Shown: positions 30,370-38,589 of the stretch, in pieces | Layout: each line of letters opens with the position of its first letter | Numbering within the stretch: position 1 is the first letter of the stretch | IMG/VR virus record: IMGVR_UViG_3300009678_000029 | Span: 1-42,544 of that record | DNA: 42,544 bases | Strand: one strand, 5' to 3' | Source: a virus | The notes under the pieces: generated by a model | The model's input: only the letters and a program-made list of their open reading frames with translations | What the model was told of the DNA's origin: nothing | Database searches by the model: none | Position numbers and translations under genes: made by a program

Positions 30370-32087
30370 CAGGCTCCCCGGGCCTCGACGATGACTTCGC
30401 GGCCCGACAAGTTCGAGAGCGCCTCCGCCAGCGCGTCCTGGTTCCGCGGGTCCTGGAACAGCGTCGCGATCACCGCGTCCCCATGCAACTCAAGGATGAT
30501 TCGGCCGCTCCCCTGACCGCCCCCGACGCCGGCGCTCGACTCGGCGCCGACACCACCACCCCCACCGCCGCCAGAGAGGCCCGTGCTGGAGATCCGCTCC
30601 GCCTGCGCGCCCAGTTGATTGCCGAGCGCGATGAGCGCCGCCCCGACGGCGATCGCCGCCAGTGGATTCTTGGCAAAGAACTTGATGGCGAAGCCCAGCT
30701 TGCCATACATGATCGAGACGACGCCGAGCTCCACCAGGGTCTTGCCGATCATCTTCATCACGCCAGCAAGCACGCTGCCCACCGCCCCGAAGAACCCGCG
30801 GATGCGTCCCGAGACGCCGCTGAAGAGGTCCCCAATCCGGGAGGCGACCACCGCAATGCCGTCGGCGATCCCCTGCAGCACGTCGCTGATGATCTTGCCT
30901 TCGGCCACCAGCGCGTCGGCGGCGAGGTCAGGCCTGACCCCCGCCCGCACCATTTCTTGGAACTGCGCGATCGCGCGCAGCTGCCGCTCGAGCTGCGGCC
31001 CCAACGCCCCCAGCGCCACGTTAAACGCGCGCGACATCTCGGTCGCGCTGAGGAATGACGTCGCGAGCTGCTGCACCGAGGTGGCGTGCCCGTTCATCAT
31101 CACGGTGCCCGTCACATTATTGGCGATCAGCGCATCCAGGAGCGTCTTCAGATTTGCGGCCTGGGCGCCCTCGTAGTCAAAGGTGCCGCCCAGCACGCGG
31201 GCCTGGGCATTGAGCCGCCGCTGGGCTTCGTAGAACGCATTGATCGCGTCGCGCACCGTGAGACTCTGGGTGCCGAGATCCTTGAGACCCTCGCCCACCT
31301 TGGGAAGATTCTTCTCGAGCTCGACCAAGAGCCCGCCGAGCTTCCCGAGCGTCGCGTCGGACAATTCGTTGAGCTTGCCGCGCAGGAAGTCGGTCCAGCC
31401 CACCAGCTTCGCCAGCCCGAGCGAGAAGATGTCGATCATCAGAATCGACAAGCGCATCACGTTGATGAACTGCTCGGCCAAGAAGGTCGCGAACAGCGCG
31501 AGCCGGTACTTCGCCCAGTCCGTGTGCGTGGCGGCATAGATCATCGCCCCACCGATGAGCAGGATCCCGCCCGTGGTGAGGTTCGTCGTCGTGACCAAGA
31601 TCGGCAGGATCCGGATCAGCGCCCCGATCGCGGTGATGAGCTTGCCCACCACCAGCACCGTCGGCCCCAGCGCCGCCAGGAAGAGCAGCGTATAGATCAC
31701 CGTCGTTTTGATCCACTGCGGCAGCTCGTGGAAGGCGACAATCCACCCGCGCAGGATCCCGATGCCCGTGCGCATCAACTCAATGAGTTGGAGGAATACC
31801 GGCTGCAGCTCTCGCCCGAGCTCGAGGACGAGATCGTGCGCGTTGGCTTTCAGCGACTGGAAGTCTCGATAGAGTGGCCCAAATTGGCGGTGCGACTCCT
31901 CGAGGAGCACGTGGAAGGCGGCGAATCCGGCGGCGATGATCGGCAGGGAGATCGCCATCGTGATCTCGCGCCCGATCTTCGCAATCCGGCGGCCGGTGCT
32001 CTCGATGCGCCGCGCGGCTTTCTCCATCTGCTGGTGAAACTCCGCGGTCTCCGCACTGAGCCGGACCAGCAAGTGTGCGATCGTCAT
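30369..32087 (-). CDS. Tape measure protein (572 aa)
   Basis: The internal ATG 32087 of ORF 30369..32243 has GGAGG 8 nt upstream. Helical N-terminus, central multi-TM/hydrophobic block, Gly-rich C-terminus. Follows the chaperone frameshift region. Confidence 0.85.
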   Translation of the reverse strand: MTIAHLLVRLSAETAEFHQQMEKAARRIESTGRRIAKIGREITMAISLPIIAAGFAAFHVLLEESHRQFGPLYRDFQSLKANAHDLVLELGRELQPVFLQLIELMRTGIGILRGWIVAFHELPQWIKTTVIYTLLFLAALGPTVLVVGKLITAIGALIRILPILVTTTNLTTGGILLIGGAMIYAATHTDWAKYRLALFATFLAEQFINVMRLSILMIDIFSLGLAKLVGWTDFLRGKLNELSDATLGKLGGLLVELEKNLPKVGEGLKDLGTQSLTVRDAINAFYEAQRRLNAQARVLGGTFDYEGAQAANLKTLLDALIANNVTGTVMMNGHATSVQQLATSFLSATEMSRAFNVALGALGPQLERQLRAIAQFQEMVRAGVRPDLAADALVAEGKIISDVLQGIADGIAVVASRIGDLFSGVSGRIRGFFGAVGSVLAGVMKMIGKTLVELGVVSIMYGKLGFAIKFFAKNPLAAIAVGAALIALGNQLGAQAERISSTGLSGGGGGGGVGAESSAGVGGGQGSGRIILELHGDAVIATLFQDPRNQDALAEALSNLSGREVIVEARGA

Positions 32088-32091
32088 GCGC

Positions 32092-32678
32092 CTACCTCCG
32101 CTTTTGTTTCGCCTCGAGCCGAGCCTTCGCTGCAGCTTCCATCTCTTCCTCACGCTCACGCTCCTGCTCCAGCTCAAGAAACGCCGACCATTCACTGAGC
32201 TTGCGCGACGAGATCTTGCGCAGTAGCCAATCTGGATCCGCAATCCCCAACTCGCGGCAGAGCTGAAAGGCGAGATACCGGCTCGGCCGCTCCGTTAGTT
32301 TTTTGCGAGTTCCTCAAGGTCTTCCTCCGTCAGGCCGGACAATCGCGCCGCAACCTCGTAGACTCGGTTCAGCGCGGCGGCGCTCTTCTTGCCGAGCAGC
32401 GCGACGTCGTCATCGCTGAACATTCGAGACCCGTCAGGATTGAAACACGAGCGCGCGACCAGCTTCGCCCGTGCGTTCCGGTAGTTGACCTCCGTCTTGC
32501 GACCTTTGCCGCGGATGCAGCTCGCCTCGAAGTCGTCGCGCTCGTCGCCCATGAGACCGCGCACGATCACCGTGCCGCCCTTGCGCCATTCGGGGATGGT
32601 CACCGTCTCCGAGATGATGTCATCGGCGGCGAGGATCTCCTCGCGCGTGAGTGGGGTGTTGCCGTTCTGCTGAGTCAT
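32092..32678 (-). CDS. Tail assembly chaperone -1 frameshift product (gpGT-like)
   Basis: After the A AAA AAC slip, the -1 frame reads KLTERPSRYLAFQLCRELGIADPDWLLRKISSRKLSEWSAFLELEQEREREEEMEAAAKARLEAKQKRR and stops at TAG 32092-32094, just before the tape measure ATG. Confidence 0.7.
32295..32678 (-). CDS. Tail assembly chaperone (gpG-like, 127 aa)
   Basis: Lies between the tube and tape measure genes and ends GCA AAA AAC TAA, with the slippery heptamer at the stop. Confidence 0.75.
   Translation of the reverse strand: MTQQNGNTPLTREEILAADDIISETVTIPEWRKGGTVIVRGLMGDERDDFEASCIRGKGRKTEVNYRNARAKLVARSCFNPDGSRMFSDDDVALLGKKSAAALNRVYEVAARLSGLTEEDLEELAKN
32298..32304 (-). promoter_or_regulatory. -1 programmed ribosomal frameshift slippery heptamer A AAA AAC
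   Basis: Plus strand GTTTTTT at 32298-32304, in the zero frame X XXY YYZ, directly 5' of the TAA stop. Confidence 0.7.
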
Positions 32679-32790
32679 ACGAAACCCTCGACACCCTGGG
32701 TGGAACCCGGCGGTCAGTTCCGCTCGAGACCCCGAAGGGCCTGGCCCTGGCCAGGGGCCGGCTCCCCGCTGGTGAACTGCGGCCTGCGGT

Positions 32791-33207
32791 TTAGCTCGAC
32801 GCCTGGATGAGCGGCACGCCGTCCGATCCTTCCATCGTGATCGGCGCCATGCCCATCTCGCCCACGCTCCCGGTGTAGGGCGGATAGCTCGAGATGATCC
32901 CGTTGCCCGAGTGGCGTTTGTTCGTGGCGCTCACTGCCGTGCCCTTCACCGGGATGAGCTCGAACGCCGTCTGCACCCCAACGAGCGGGAAGATCGTCGC
33001 GTCGATTTTCCCCGCCGCGTAGTCCTGGTAGAACTCGATCTCGACACTCCAGTCTTTCAACCCACCCTTCCGCGCCTTGGAGAGATTGCCCATGGCGGTC
33101 GCTTCTTGGAGCTCGGCGGAGTAATTCAGCTTGACCGACTTGACGTGGTCCGAGAGGTCAACGGCGTTGATCTTCACGGAGGCGTCGACAAATACGAGCG
33201 TTGGCAT
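32791..33207 (-). CDS. Major tail (tube) protein, short paralog (138 aa)
   Basis: Position upstream of the chaperone. Homologous along its whole length to the N-terminal 135 aa of 33220..33951. Confidence 0.7.
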   Translation of the reverse strand: MPTLVFVDASVKINAVDLSDHVKSVKLNYSAELQEATAMGNLSKARKGGLKDWSVEIEFYQDYAAGKIDATIFPLVGVQTAFELIPVKGTAVSATNKRHSGNGIISSYPPYTGSVGEMGMAPITMEGSDGVPLIQASS

Positions 33208-33219
33208 TGGGTCAGCTCC

Positions 33220-33951
33220 TTAGAGAATGCCCATGAAGATCACGAACGTGATGCTGTTGCCGGATCCGCCGGCGACGCTCCAGGTCGCGCGCCAGTTGTC
33301 ATCGCTGGCGATCGGCCCTGCGACCGGCACGGCCCACTGCGAGCCCTTCACCGTCACCGCGGCGAACGTGATGCGATCGACCGGCGAGGGAAATCCGCTG
33401 GTGTCCGATTGCACTTTGAACGTCCAGGTGCCCCCGCCCGAGACCGAGAGGACGTGCAGCGTCGCCCACAGCTTCTGCCCGGTGCCGACGAGGCCCTGCG
33501 CGAATGCCGTCCCGTTCCCGCCGGCGGTCTCGACCGCGTTGCGCAGAAGGATCCCACGGATCAGCGCCTCGTTCGAGCTCTCGGCATCGAGCGAGAACTT
33601 GAGCATCTCGCCCACCGCGGCGCCTGGCGTGTACTGCGCGAGCCCGGCAAGAAAGCTGAACGAGCCCGGATCCCCCGCGACGCCCGTGTCCGACACGGTG
33701 ATCGGCACGTCCACCACGCCGATCTTGCCGAACAACACCTCGTCCACCTCGTCGACGGCGCCGTCCCAGAAGCCCTCAAGCGCGAGCGATGTGCTTTTGA
33801 GGCTGCCCTTCCGGGCCTTGCCGCCCTGATTCCCGAACGTCGTCGCATCCTGGAGTTCAGTGCCGTACTGCAGGGCGATCTTGTTCACGTCGCCCGAGAG
33901 ATCGAAGGCGTCGAGCCAAATCCGCGCGTTCGTGAGGACTTTGGGCGGCAT
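33220..33951 (-). CDS. Tail tube paralog with a C-terminal ~105-aa extra (Ig/beta-sandwich-like) domain (243 aa)
   Basis: ARIWLDAFDLSGDVNKIALQYGTELQDATTFGN..KARKGSLK aligns with ASVKINAVDLSDHVKSVKLNYSAELQEATAMGN..KARKGGLK. Both share a GEM motif. Confidence 0.65.
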   Translation of the reverse strand: MPPKVLTNARIWLDAFDLSGDVNKIALQYGTELQDATTFGNQGGKARKGSLKSTSLALEGFWDGAVDEVDEVLFGKIGVVDVPITVSDTGVAGDPGSFSFLAGLAQYTPGAAVGEMLKFSLDAESSNEALIRGILLRNAVETAGGNGTAFAQGLVGTGQKLWATLHVLSVSGGGTWTFKVQSDTSGFPSPVDRITFAAVTVKGSQWAVPVAGPIASDDNWRATWSVAGGSGNSITFVIFMGIL

Positions 33952-34164
33952 CTAGCGAGTCACCAGCAGTTGATCGGGTCCGAGCGCAGGGATTTCGATC
34001 GGCGCGACCAGACGCCCATGTACGGGGTGATAGTCCAAACGCACCCGACTGACCTGCCCCACCCGGCAGCGTACCGTGACCCCGAAGACCTGGTTGCTGA
34101 TGTCCACGCCGTCGATCACCACACGCCCGCAGCCAATTTCGTCTAGTTCCAGTTCAAGTTTCAT
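33952..34164 (-). CDS. Hypothetical protein (70 aa)
   Basis: The internal ATG 34164 of ORF 33952..34290 follows the stop of 34169..34573. Confidence 0.45.
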   Translation of the reverse strand: MKLELELDEIGCGRVVIDGVDISNQVFGVTVRCRVGQVSRVRLDYHPVHGRLVAPIEIPALGPDQLLVTR

Positions 34165-34168
34165 ACGG

Positions 34169-34573
34169 TCACTCGCGGTGTGAGATGATGAAATCCACGA
34201 ATCGCTGATACAGCAGCACGACGTCGTCCAGTCCCAGATCCCCTTCGTTGTCCAGGAAGGAATCCAGGACGTCGATCGTGGCCACGACACCGCGCCAGCG
34301 GCTGTAGCAGGCGATCAGTTGCACCGTGATCGCCTTCGCCTCGGTGCGCGTCTTGGCCCACGGCGAGAACTGGAACCGCGGATGCGCGACCCCGGGATCC
34401 GACCCCATCGCGTGCTCGCGCGGACCCGAGATCATCTGATAGGTGACGTAGGGCGCGACGGCGTTCTGCGGTGCCTGCACGGGATAGAGCCGCGTCGGAT
34501 TGGTCCCGAGCAGCGCCGTCAGCCCCCCGAACGTCGACCCGCGCGTGAAGATCGCGTCCTCGATCGTCGCCAC
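34169..34573 (-). CDS. Tail completion protein (DUF3168-like)
   Basis: 134 aa. LTALLGTNPTRLYPVQAPQNAVAPYVTYQMIS...HPRFQFSPWAKT pattern, in the neck-module position. Confidence 0.7.
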   Translation of the reverse strand: MATIEDAIFTRGSTFGGLTALLGTNPTRLYPVQAPQNAVAPYVTYQMISGPREHAMGSDPGVAHPRFQFSPWAKTRTEAKAITVQLIACYSRWRGVVATIDVLDSFLDNEGDLGLDDVVLLYQRFVDFIISHRE

Positions 34574-35032
34574 TCATCGTTCCTGCGGCGCGAGGCGCCG
34601 GAACGCGGTCTCGATCTCTTTGCCCATCACTTCACCAGTGCGCTGCAGCACCTCTTCCTTGTTCTCATCAAAGGCCGGCCGCAAGAAGGGATAGGCCGGC
34701 ACTTGGCCGAGCGTCTGATCGCCGACGACCTTGCGGTGCCCGAACTCCACGAGGTGCGCGTGTGGCTTTTTCGTCCCGACGTCCACGACCGCGTGCGTGG
34801 CGTCTTTCTCACCGAGGAAGGTCTTGATCGAATCGGCGAGGGTGATCGTCTCCGGGCGCCGGCGGGGTCCGCGGCGCGTGCGCGCGCGACTCGCGGCATC
34901 GGTGCGCACGGGCTCGGCGCCGGCGACCAGCGACTGCTGGAGAATCTCGCCGCGGAGCTCCTTGGGCAGCTGCAGCAGCGCACGCTCGAGCTGCTTACCA
35001 CCCTTGAACTCCATCTTCATGCTATCGCCCAT
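34574..35032 (-). CDS. HK97 gp10-like neck protein (152 aa)
   Basis: The internal ATG 35032 overlaps the upstream stop. ...HAHLVEFGHRKV...PAYPFLRPAFDENKEEV is typical of the family. Confidence 0.75.
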   Translation of the reverse strand: MGDSMKMEFKGGKQLERALLQLPKELRGEILQQSLVAGAEPVRTDAASRARTRRGPRRRPETITLADSIKTFLGEKDATHAVVDVGTKKPHAHLVEFGHRKVVGDQTLGQVPAYPFLRPAFDENKEEVLQRTGEVMGKEIETAFRRLAPQER

Positions 35033-35367
35033 CACACTCCTCGTTGTGTCGTCCCGAGATGCAGACTCGCACGCCGGCCGATTTCCTTGACCTCGTTGAT
35101 GTCGAACAGCACGCCCAGCTCGTTCACCCACATCTTTGGCGTCACCCCGGGAACCCAATGACGGAGTTCCCACCGGTAGGCTGCCGTCGCCTGGATCTGC
35201 CGCGCCGCGACGCCCTCGTCCCCTCCGAGCGGCACCTTCTTCGCCCACACAGGCCCCAGGACCACCGGGACGCCGGGCACCATCTCGCCGCTGCTGTTCT
35301 GCGTTTCGGGCGTCGACTCGATCGTGATCAGCCGATCGCACTCGCCGCCGCTAGGCGCGCGCGCCAT
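35032..35367 (-). CDS. Head closure / head-tail adaptor protein (SPP1 gp16-like)
   Basis: 111 aa. RLITIESTPETQNSSGEMVPGVPVVLGPVWAKK...AAYRWELRHW pattern. Confidence 0.75.
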   Translation of the reverse strand: MARAPSGGECDRLITIESTPETQNSSGEMVPGVPVVLGPVWAKKVPLGGDEGVAARQIQATAAYRWELRHWVPGVTPKMWVNELGVLFDINEVKEIGRRASLHLGTTQRGV

Positions 35368-35526
35368 CTACCGCTTCCGCTTCGGCGGTGCCTTTTTCTT
35401 CCGCGCCGGCTTCTTAGCCGCGAGCACCACGACCGCGAGCCCGCGATCGACCAGGACCTGCGCCTCCGCGTCAGGGAGATCCTGCTCTGTGCCCATCTGC
35501 GGACCGAACAGCGGACGGATGCGCAT
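35368..35526 (-). CDS. Small protein with a Lys/Arg-rich tail (52 aa), absent from the ORF track
   Basis: ATG 35526 overlaps the connector stop; the TAG abuts the adaptor ATG. High GC3. MRIRPLFGPQMGTEQDLPDAEAQVLVDRGLAVVVLAAKKPARKKKAPPKRKR. Confidence 0.4.
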   Translation of the reverse strand: MRIRPLFGPQMGTEQDLPDAEAQVLVDRGLAVVVLAAKKPARKKKAPPKRKR

Positions 35527-36149
35527 CAGACCGCCAACGCATTCCGATAGGGGGCGAAGAACTGCTCGAGCAGTTCCGTCGAGTGCGGCAGCGTCTCCCC
35601 GCCGGAGCCCGTGACGATGCCTTCGCGGAACTGGAACAGCGTCCCCACGGCGAGCCGCATCATTTGCTTCTGGTCTTCTGGGAGGACGCCGACATTCAAC
35701 GAGCCCGCGACGTACTTCACCACCACACTGCTCGGCTGCTCGCGAATCGCCGGCCAGTTCTGGCCGAACGCCGGCACGATGCGCCCCGGCGTGGAGCGGG
35801 TATCCACGAGATACAGCCCGGCACTCAGGGCCTGCGGCGCGCCCGCGGGATCCACATAGGTGATCGAGGTGACGGACTGGAGCGGCGGCCGCGGCAACTC
35901 AATCGCGGCCCACGTGTCCTCGTACCCGTCGCAGAAATCCACCACCGGGAAGGCGTCGATCGCCCATTCGAGCGTTTGGGTGAGGAAGGCCAGATCAAGA
36001 ATCTTCTCCGCGTGGATGCGGAGCGCGCTCAGGTAGCTCTGGAGGAGATCCTCTTCGTCCGTCTGGGTGATACGCAGATGGAGCCGCACCTCATCAAGCG
36101 AGAGCGGCTCCTCTGCAGGCGGGGTGATCGTGCGGAGGGACCCGATCAT
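35526..36149 (-). CDS. Head-tail connector (gp6-like adaptor) protein
   Basis: 207 aa. PLSLDEVRLHLRITQTDEEDLLQSYLSALRIHAEKIL is typical of gp6-like connectors. Confidence 0.75.
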   Translation of the reverse strand: MIGSLRTITPPAEEPLSLDEVRLHLRITQTDEEDLLQSYLSALRIHAEKILDLAFLTQTLEWAIDAFPVVDFCDGYEDTWAAIELPRPPLQSVTSITYVDPAGAPQALSAGLYLVDTRSTPGRIVPAFGQNWPAIREQPSSVVVKYVAGSLNVGVLPEDQKQMMRLAVGTLFQFREGIVTGSGGETLPHSTELLEQFFAPYRNALAV

Positions 36150-36155
36150 CCACGG

Positions 36156-36617
36156 CTACTTCTTCCGCTTTTTCTTCGCTGGCGCAGGTTCCGCTTCGGC
36201 CTTCACCGCGGCCGCCTTGATCGCTTGGGCGAGCACCTGACGCACAGACTCGACCTCGGCATCGAGGGCGACGCGCTCGGCTTCCATCTCGCTCGGCGTG
36301 TCCTTGACGGCGTTCTCCGTCTTGTGGGCGGCAATCTTCTCGGCGTGCGCCTTCTGGCGCCCCTCGACCTCGGCCAGCTCCTTGCGGAGCGCGGCGACCT
36401 GCACGACCCGGTCCTGGTGGACCTTGCCGTCCTTCACGCTGAGCCCCAGGCGCCGCGCTTCTGATGCCGGGATGAGACTGCCCTCGTTCGCGAGCAGGAA
36501 GGCCGATTCGGCGCTGCCGTGCTCGACCACCCGGTCCCGGGATGCATCTAGCCAGAGCTTTCGGTCGGCGACGATCCCCTCTTCGCTGGTCTTCGACTTC
36601 GCAATGGCCAAGCCCAT
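36156..36617 (-). CDS. Hypothetical head-module protein (153 aa) with a Lys-rich tail
   Basis: ORF track; between the capsid-associated gene and the connector. Confidence 0.6.
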   Translation of the reverse strand: MGLAIAKSKTSEEGIVADRKLWLDASRDRVVEHGSAESAFLLANEGSLIPASEARRLGLSVKDGKVHQDRVVQVAALRKELAEVEGRQKAHAEKIAAHKTENAVKDTPSEMEAERVALDAEVESVRQVLAQAIKAAAVKAEAEPAPAKKKRKK

Positions 36618-36629
36618 GATGGCGGCTCC

Positions 36630-37025
36630 TTACACGTAGAAGAGGGTGAGCCGGAGTTTCCCGGCTGTGATCGTACCGGTGGCGATGACGATGGAGGGAC
36701 TGCGATCGACCGTGGCCTTGATGCTCGTCGCGCCCGTGAACGCCGGAGTGATGCTCTTCTGCCCCGTCGTGGAGTAGGGCGCGCCCGACACCACGGTGGC
36801 AGTCTGGATGTCGTTCGCCGCTTCAGCCGTCAGCGCGGCGGTGGCCGCCGAACCGGTCGTGAACGCCGTGAGGATCTCGAGGACACCACCCAGGATGAGG
36901 GAGCCGACCGGAAGCGCGCCGGAATCCCCGCGGAGGGGGATCGTGCCGATCGCGCCGCCGTCCACGGCGAAGTCGTATTCGCCGCGGAAGGTTTTGAGGG
37001 CGCGACTGCCAGGAGAGACGGGCAT
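36630..37025 (-). CDS. Hypothetical protein following the major capsid gene (131 aa), possibly a capsid accessory or decoration protein
   Basis: ORF track. Gly/Thr/Ala-rich, beta-type. The function call rests on position only. Confidence 0.55.
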   Translation of the reverse strand: MPVSPGSRALKTFRGEYDFAVDGGAIGTIPLRGDSGALPVGSLILGGVLEILTAFTTGSAATAALTAEAANDIQTATVVSGAPYSTTGQKSITPAFTGATSIKATVDRSPSIVIATGTITAGKLRLTLFYV

Positions 37026-37026
37026 C

Positions 37027-38283
37027 TTACAGCCCCGTCACGGTCGCGAACGCTGCCGGCCGGTAGACGCAGAAGGCCACGCGCACATCGGCACGCAGCG
37101 TCTTCTGGCCGATGATGAACTGCGAGGCGATCCACCCGACCTGCACCTCGATCTGCTTGCGCTCCAGCAGCTGGCAGTAGTTCGCGTAGTCGCCCACGAG
37201 CGCCGTGCCCACGGTGAGTGACTCGCACAGCACGACGGGAAGACCCCACATCCGCATGTCGCCGGCGTCGAGGGGAGACCCGAACTGGAAGTCGCCCGCC
37301 GCGTTCGTGAGGAGGCGCGTGGTCTCCCAGTTGGTCGGGTGCATGAAGATCGCGTTCGGCGCCGCCCGCCCCGTCACGCGGACCTTGGTGAGCGCCTTCA
37401 GGACGCCGGCCGGGATGGAGTCGGCGCCCTTCGCCTGCGTCTGGATGCCGGCGGTCGAGACGATACCCGTCAGCGTCACGCCGGCGCCCGTGCCCGCGAT
37501 GACCTGCTGGTCCACGCGCGCCGACAGGCCGAAGCGCAGCCGGTTGTCCACCAGCGCGCGGGACTGCGGCACATCGTCCAGCTGCTCGTCGGTGATCGGA
37601 ATCTGCGAGCCGATCTTGCGCACCGGGCTCGTCCGCTCGGTGAACACGAACACGTCTTCGGCGTAGGTGCCGGATTCCGCGACCTCCGCCTCCGACTGCG
37701 TGCGAGTCGTTTCCTCCATCCACCGAATCTCGAACTGATCGGTCTGATCGACGGGGATGAAGTCCAGGATCTGCGGCGGGCGGATGGCGAAATCCACGAC
37801 GCGCCCCGTGCGAGCGGCGCGCGGTGCCCAGCCCGCCGTGGTGGACATCACCGCCTTGACACCCATCTCCACGGTCGCCAAGGCCTGCCCCGGCATCTTG
37901 GACTTGCCCGCCAACTCCAGGTACGACTTGCTCTCCACGACGAGCTCGCCGAAGCTCTTGGGCTCATCGGAAAGCGGCGCACCGGGGATGTTCGGCCGAA
38001 TCGGCCGCTTCATCCGCTCGTCCTGACTCGCGACGGCGTCCTTGATCGACTTCAGCGTCAGCGAGTCGAGCTGGGCGCCGATCTCCTGAATCTCCACCCC
38101 GAGCGCCATGACCTTCGACTTGGCGTCCGCCATGTCGCTGGCCCCGAGCTTCTCGAGGACGGCCGCGCGCGAGTAGTCCTCGGAGCCGTCGTCCGCTTTC
38201 GCGGCTTCGTTGGCCTCGTGGAACCGCTTGGTCTTGGTGGCGAGGAGTTCGCGGGTTTCGGCGAGCAGGTTGGACTCGGGCAT
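37027..38283 (-). CDS. Major capsid protein, HK97 fold, with an N-terminal delta/scaffold-like region
   Basis: 418 aa. Coiled N-terminal ~110 aa, then a typical HK97-family body. Follows the prohead protease; GGAGG lies before the ATG. Confidence 0.9.
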   Translation of the reverse strand: MPESNLLAETRELLATKTKRFHEANEAAKADDGSEDYSRAAVLEKLGASDMADAKSKVMALGVEIQEIGAQLDSLTLKSIKDAVASQDERMKRPIRPNIPGAPLSDEPKSFGELVVESKSYLELAGKSKMPGQALATVEMGVKAVMSTTAGWAPRAARTGRVVDFAIRPPQILDFIPVDQTDQFEIRWMEETTRTQSEAEVAESGTYAEDVFVFTERTSPVRKIGSQIPITDEQLDDVPQSRALVDNRLRFGLSARVDQQVIAGTGAGVTLTGIVSTAGIQTQAKGADSIPAGVLKALTKVRVTGRAAPNAIFMHPTNWETTRLLTNAAGDFQFGSPLDAGDMRMWGLPVVLCESLTVGTALVGDYANYCQLLERKQIEVQVGWIASQFIIGQKTLRADVRVAFCVYRPAAFATVTGL

Positions 38284-38310
38284 AGCAGCCTCCGTAGTGC
38301 TGGAGGCCAG

Positions 38311-38346
38311 CTAAACGAAAACGGCCAACCAGCAGATGGTTGGCCG
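38311..38346 (-). terminator. Intrinsic-terminator-like hairpin inside the late operon, just upstream of the capsid gene
   Basis: Minus strand: CGGCCAACC-ATCTGCT-GGTTGGCCG followed by TTTTCGTTTAG. Confidence 0.55.
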
Positions 38347-38379
38347 TCGAAGGGCCCGATTGATGCTCCGAGAATCAAT

Positions 38380-38589
38380 CTAGGTTGCCAGTACCTCGAC
38401 CGCAATAGGCCGGAAGACATTCACCCAGCCGCACGCATCGCACCGGCGGCGGGTTTCATCTGGCTGCCGGGATACCTGCCCCGCAAGCGACGGCTTGAAG
38501 AGCATGACCAGCCGAAGAAGACGCGCGTCCGCAGTCGTCATCGGCAAACGATGAGAGCAACTGTGGCAACGCAGATCGAAGTCGGTCAC
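38380..38589 (-). CDS. Zinc-ribbon protein (69 aa) between the protease and capsid genes
   Basis: The ATG overlaps the protease stop. CHSC...CDAC. Confidence 0.5.
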   Translation of the reverse strand: MTDFDLRCHSCSHRLPMTTADARLLRLVMLFKPSLAGQVSRQPDETRRRCDACGWVNVFRPIAVEVLAT

